33,805 bases of DNA, taken from IMG/VR virus record IMGVR_UViG_3300001748_000001. One strand, written 5' to 3'. The DNA comes from a virus. Under the pieces are notes generated by a model. That model saw nothing but the letters and a program-made list of their open reading frames with translations. It made no database searches and had not been told where the DNA came from. Below, piece by piece: positions 31,249 to 33,805 of the stretch. Every line of letters begins with the position of its first letter. Within the stretch, counting starts at the first letter, position 1. Both the position numbers and the translations under genes were made by a program.

Positions 31249-33045
31249 ATGACAATATCATCTACTACAGTAAAGAACTCATACTCTGGAAATGGTACAC
31301 TTGATACCTTCAACTACACTTTTAAGATCTTTGCTGACACAGATTTACAGGTTATCATTAGGGATGCTACAGCTACTGAAACAGTTAAAACTTTAACGAC
31401 TCATTATACAGTAACAGGTGCAGGTTCTGCTTCTGGTGGAACTATAGTTTTCACCGCAGGTAATATACCAAGTGCAACTGAAACTGTAGTAATTAGAAGA
31501 GCTGTTCCGCAAACCCAAGCGATTGATTATATCGCTAATGATCCATTCCCTGCGGAATCACACGAAGAGGGTTTGGATCGTTCAATGATGACACTACAAC
31601 AACTTCAAGAAGAAGTTGATCGATCTATAAAACTATCAAGAACAAATACTATGACCTCTACAGAGTTTGCTGTAGGTGCAACAAATAGAGCAAATAAAAT
31701 TTTAGCATTTGATACCAATGGAGAAATTTCTGTAACACAAGAGCTTGGAACTTTTGTAGGAAATTGGTCATCAAGTACAGACTTTAATGGAAGAGATATT
31801 GTAAAAGATACTACCAATAATAATATTTATATTGCAAATACAGCACATACATCTTCTGGTTCTTTGCCAATCAGTTCTAATACAGATGTTGCTAAATGGG
31901 ATTTATTAGTAGATGCTGCTAGTGCTACATCATCTGCTACTGCTGCAGCATCATCTGCAACTGCCGCTGCCTCTTCTGCTACAGCTGCTGCAACCTCAGA
32001 AACAAATGCCGCAACCTCTGAGACTAATGCTGCAACTTCAGAATCAAATGCAAGTACATCTGAAACTAATGCCGCTTCAAGTGCTACTTCTGCTGCATCT
32101 TCAGCTACATCAGCATCTACATCCGCAACTACTGCTACAACTAAAGCAAGTGAAGCATCTACATCAGCAACCAATGCAGCAACTTCTGAGACAAATGCAG
32201 CATCTTCTGCAACCTCTGCTGCTAGTTCTGCTACAACAGCTACGACTAAAGCAAGTGAGGCTAGTACTTCTGCGACTAATGCGGCAACAAGTGAAACCAA
32301 TGCTGCATCAAGTGCTAGTGCTGCTAGTACTTCAGAAACAAATGCAGCAACATCAGCGACAACTGCTAGTAATGCTGCTACAGCTGCACAAGCTGCACAA
32401 ACTGCTGCTGAACTCGCTGCTGATAATTTCGATGATACTTATTTAGGTGCAAAAGCTAGTGATCCTACAGTTGATAATGATGGTGATCCACTAACTGCAG
32501 GAGATTTATATTTTAATACAAGCTCAAATGAAGTTAAATATTATAATGGAACTTCTTGGTCTGCAATATCACCTGGTATTACAGATATAGTTTCAGATAC
32601 TACACCACAATTAGGTGGTAGCTTAGATGTTAATGGTAATTCAATCGTATCAGTTTCAAATGGAAATATCTCAATCACTCCTGATGGAACAGGTAAAGTT
32701 ATTATAGATGGTTTATCACACCCAACAGCAGATGGAACTAATGGTCAAGCATTAGTAACTGATGGTGCTGGAAATTTATCTTTTGGAGATGTTTCAGTAA
32801 GTCTAAGTGCAGTAGGAGAATCAATTATCCCAGCAACAACTGATACTTATGATCTAGGTTCATCATCTTTTGTATGGAGAAACATATACACAGGAGATTT
32901 ACATTTATCTAACGAAGCAAAATCAGAGGGTAATTCTGTAGATGGCACTAAAGGTAATTGGACTATTCAAGAGGGTGCTGACGATCTATTTATTGTTAAT
33001 AACAAATCAGGCAAGAAATATAAGTTCAAACTAGAGGAGATTTAA
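31249..33045 (+). CDS. Tail fibre
   Basis: N-terminal NSYSGNGTLDTFNYTFKIF..DLQV (fibre anchor-like), a ~170-aa Ala/Ser/Thr periodic shaft, and a C-terminal DTYDLGSSSFVWRNIYTGDLHL module. Confidence 0.7.
   Translation: MTISSTTVKNSYSGNGTLDTFNYTFKIFADTDLQVIIRDATATETVKTLTTHYTVTGAGSASGGTIVFTAGNIPSATETVVIRRAVPQTQAIDYIANDPFPAESHEEGLDRSMMTLQQLQEEVDRSIKLSRTNTMTSTEFAVGATNRANKILAFDTNGEISVTQELGTFVGNWSSSTDFNGRDIVKDTTNNNIYIANTAHTSSGSLPISSNTDVAKWDLLVDAASATSSATAAASSATAAASSATAAATSETNAATSETNAATSESNASTSETNAASSATSAASSATSASTSATTATTKASEASTSATNAATSETNAASSATSAASSATTATTKASEASTSATNAATSETNAASSASAASTSETNAATSATTASNAATAAQAAQTAAELAADNFDDTYLGAKASDPTVDNDGDPLTAGDLYFNTSSNEVKYYNGTSWSAISPGITDIVSDTTPQLGGSLDVNGNSIVSVSNGNISITPDGTGKVIIDGLSHPTADGTNGQALVTDGAGNLSFGDVSVSLSAVGESIIPATTDTYDLGSSSFVWRNIYTGDLHLSNEAKSEGNSVDGTKGNWTIQEGADDLFIVNNKSGKKYKFKLEEI
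31915..32420 (+). repeat. Low-complexity Ala/Ser/Thr/Glu/Asn periodic coding repeat within the tail fibre
   Basis: SSATAAA x3 and TSETNAA x several. The 28-aa unit TTATTKASEASTSATNAATSETNAASSA is repeated at 32128 and 32233. Confidence 0.85.
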
Positions 33046-33047
33046 AC

Positions 33048-33650
33048 ATGGCTTTTATCTCCAATGGCACTACGATTTTAGATAATGGTGCATTTGATGT
33101 TCCATTAGGAGGTCTAGTTTTATTATCTGAACAAACAGCATCAGCTTCAGCATCAATATCATTTACAAGTGGAATAGATAGTAGTTATCCAATATATCGT
33201 TTTGAATTTATTAATATCCACCCAGCAACTAATGATGTAGAATTTCAATTTAATTTTTCAACAGATGGTGGTTCTAACTACAATGTTACAAAAACAACTA
33301 CTGCATTTGAAAGTTATCATTCAGAAAGTGGTTCTGTTTCAGATGTAGCATATTTATCAGCAGATGATTTAGCACAGTCTACATCAAATCAAAAATTAAC
33401 AAGAAGAACAGGAAATAATAATGATGAATCTGCTAGTGGTTATTTACACTTATTCAATCCATCTTCCACAACTTTTGTAAAACATTTTATATCTAGAGTT
33501 CATAGTTATCATCAATCAGATTTAGCATATACTATGTTTGTTGCTGGATATGGAAACACTACATCAGCAATAAATGGTGTAAGATTTCAAATGTCATCTG
33601 GCAACATAGATTCTGGCACAATAAAACTATATGGAATAAAGGACAGTTAA
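33048..33650 (+). CDS. Paralog C of the ~200-aa tail-fibre-adjacent family
   Basis: Starts 2 nt after the tail fibre stop. MAFISNGTTILDNG...QTASASASISFTSGIDSSY...NPSSTTFVKHFISR...SGNIDSG. Confidence 0.8.
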   Translation: MAFISNGTTILDNGAFDVPLGGLVLLSEQTASASASISFTSGIDSSYPIYRFEFINIHPATNDVEFQFNFSTDGGSNYNVTKTTTAFESYHSESGSVSDVAYLSADDLAQSTSNQKLTRRTGNNNDESASGYLHLFNPSSTTFVKHFISRVHSYHQSDLAYTMFVAGYGNTTSAINGVRFQMSSGNIDSGTIKLYGIKDS

Positions 33651-33704
33651 AATGGCTTTACACTCATTACATTCGTATAAAGAAATTCGCAAAGGAGTTT
33701 GCTC

Positions 33705-33805
33705 ATGGCAGTAGTATCAGGTGGAACAACATTAATAGACAATGGTGCTTTAGATGCTGGAGTACCAACAGGAAGTTTAATATTACTTTCAACTCAAACA
33801 GCAAG
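33705..33805 (+). CDS. Paralog A, N-terminal part (continues at nt 1-620 through the circular junction; 211 aa in total)
   Basis: AAGGAG (33692-33697) 7 nt before ATG 33705. MAVVSGGTTLIDNGAL... is in phase with the open frame at nt 3-620. Confidence 0.75.
   Translation, partial: MAVVSGGTTLIDNGALDAGVPTGSLILLSTQTA
33721..33805. repeat. End overlap, second copy (identical to nt 1-85)
   Basis: 85/85 identity with the window start. Confidence 0.95.

Noticed and set aside
31827-32446. Long alternative-frame ORFs across the tail-fibre repeat (31913-32446 plus strand, Leu/Gln-rich; 31827-32300 minus strand, Ala/Val/Glu-rich)
   Set aside because: This is an expected artefact of a GCN/ACN/TCN-rich periodic coding repeat. 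There are no start contexts. The fibre frame is continuous with clearly protein-like N- and C-terminal domains.
1-33805. Search for tRNA genes, CRISPR arrays, reverse transcriptase/DGR template-variable repeats, integrase/att sites and transposases
   Set aside because: None recognised by eye. The fibre repeats are low-complexity shaft repeats rather than TR/VR pairs, no RT-like ORF exists, and no cloverleaf-like GC-rich 70-90-nt segments were seen. A tRNAscan or HMM run would be needed to be certain.

Overview
This window looks like a complete, circularly closed genome of an AT-rich tailed phage. Nt 1-85 are identical to nt 33721-33805, giving a unique length of 33,720 nt, and a CDS reads straight across the junction.

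Gene order defines four transcription blocks:
- (a) A long rightward late block runs from ~15.5 kb through the junction to ~4.6 kb. It encodes large terminase, portal, Bbp19-like protein, scaffold, major capsid, decoration protein, adaptor, nozzle, three internal-virion-type proteins and a tail fibre. These are followed by three tandem ~200-aa paralogs, a tail-fibre chaperone-like protein, an M15 endolysin with a holin-like protein, and a run of tiny Lys-rich ORFs.
- (b) A leftward recombination/replication block (7956->4618) encodes a PD-(D/E)XK exonuclease, an Erf-like annealase, an SSB candidate and a DnaA-domain-IV-only protein.
- (c) A rightward early/middle block (8066->12488) encodes a Cro-like HTH protein, a PP-loop (PAPS-reductase-like) protein, a C5-cytosine methyltransferase, a winged-helix initiator-like protein and a small-terminase-like HTH protein.
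- (d) A leftward, extremely AT-rich cassette of nine small genes (14911->12485).

I could not recognise a DNA polymerase, RNA polymerase, integrase, tRNA, CRISPR array or reverse transcriptase by eye.

The most unusual feature is the methyltransferase locus (9769-10752). A complete ~246-aa ORF with its own Shine-Dalgarno sequence lies wholly in the +1 frame of a complete MTase ORF. The catalytic motifs I-VIII and X sit in one frame, while the PTP-repeat target-recognition region and the motif-IX-like element sit in the other.

Other points worth a second look:
- the triplicated paralog array next to the tail fibre
- four identical 17-nt translation-initiation cassettes in the AT-rich block
- an iteron-like intergenic region and a GC island upstream of the terminase
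- a synonymously recoded protein repeat in the tail fibre

All family assignments come from motif recognition by eye and memory. No searches were run.
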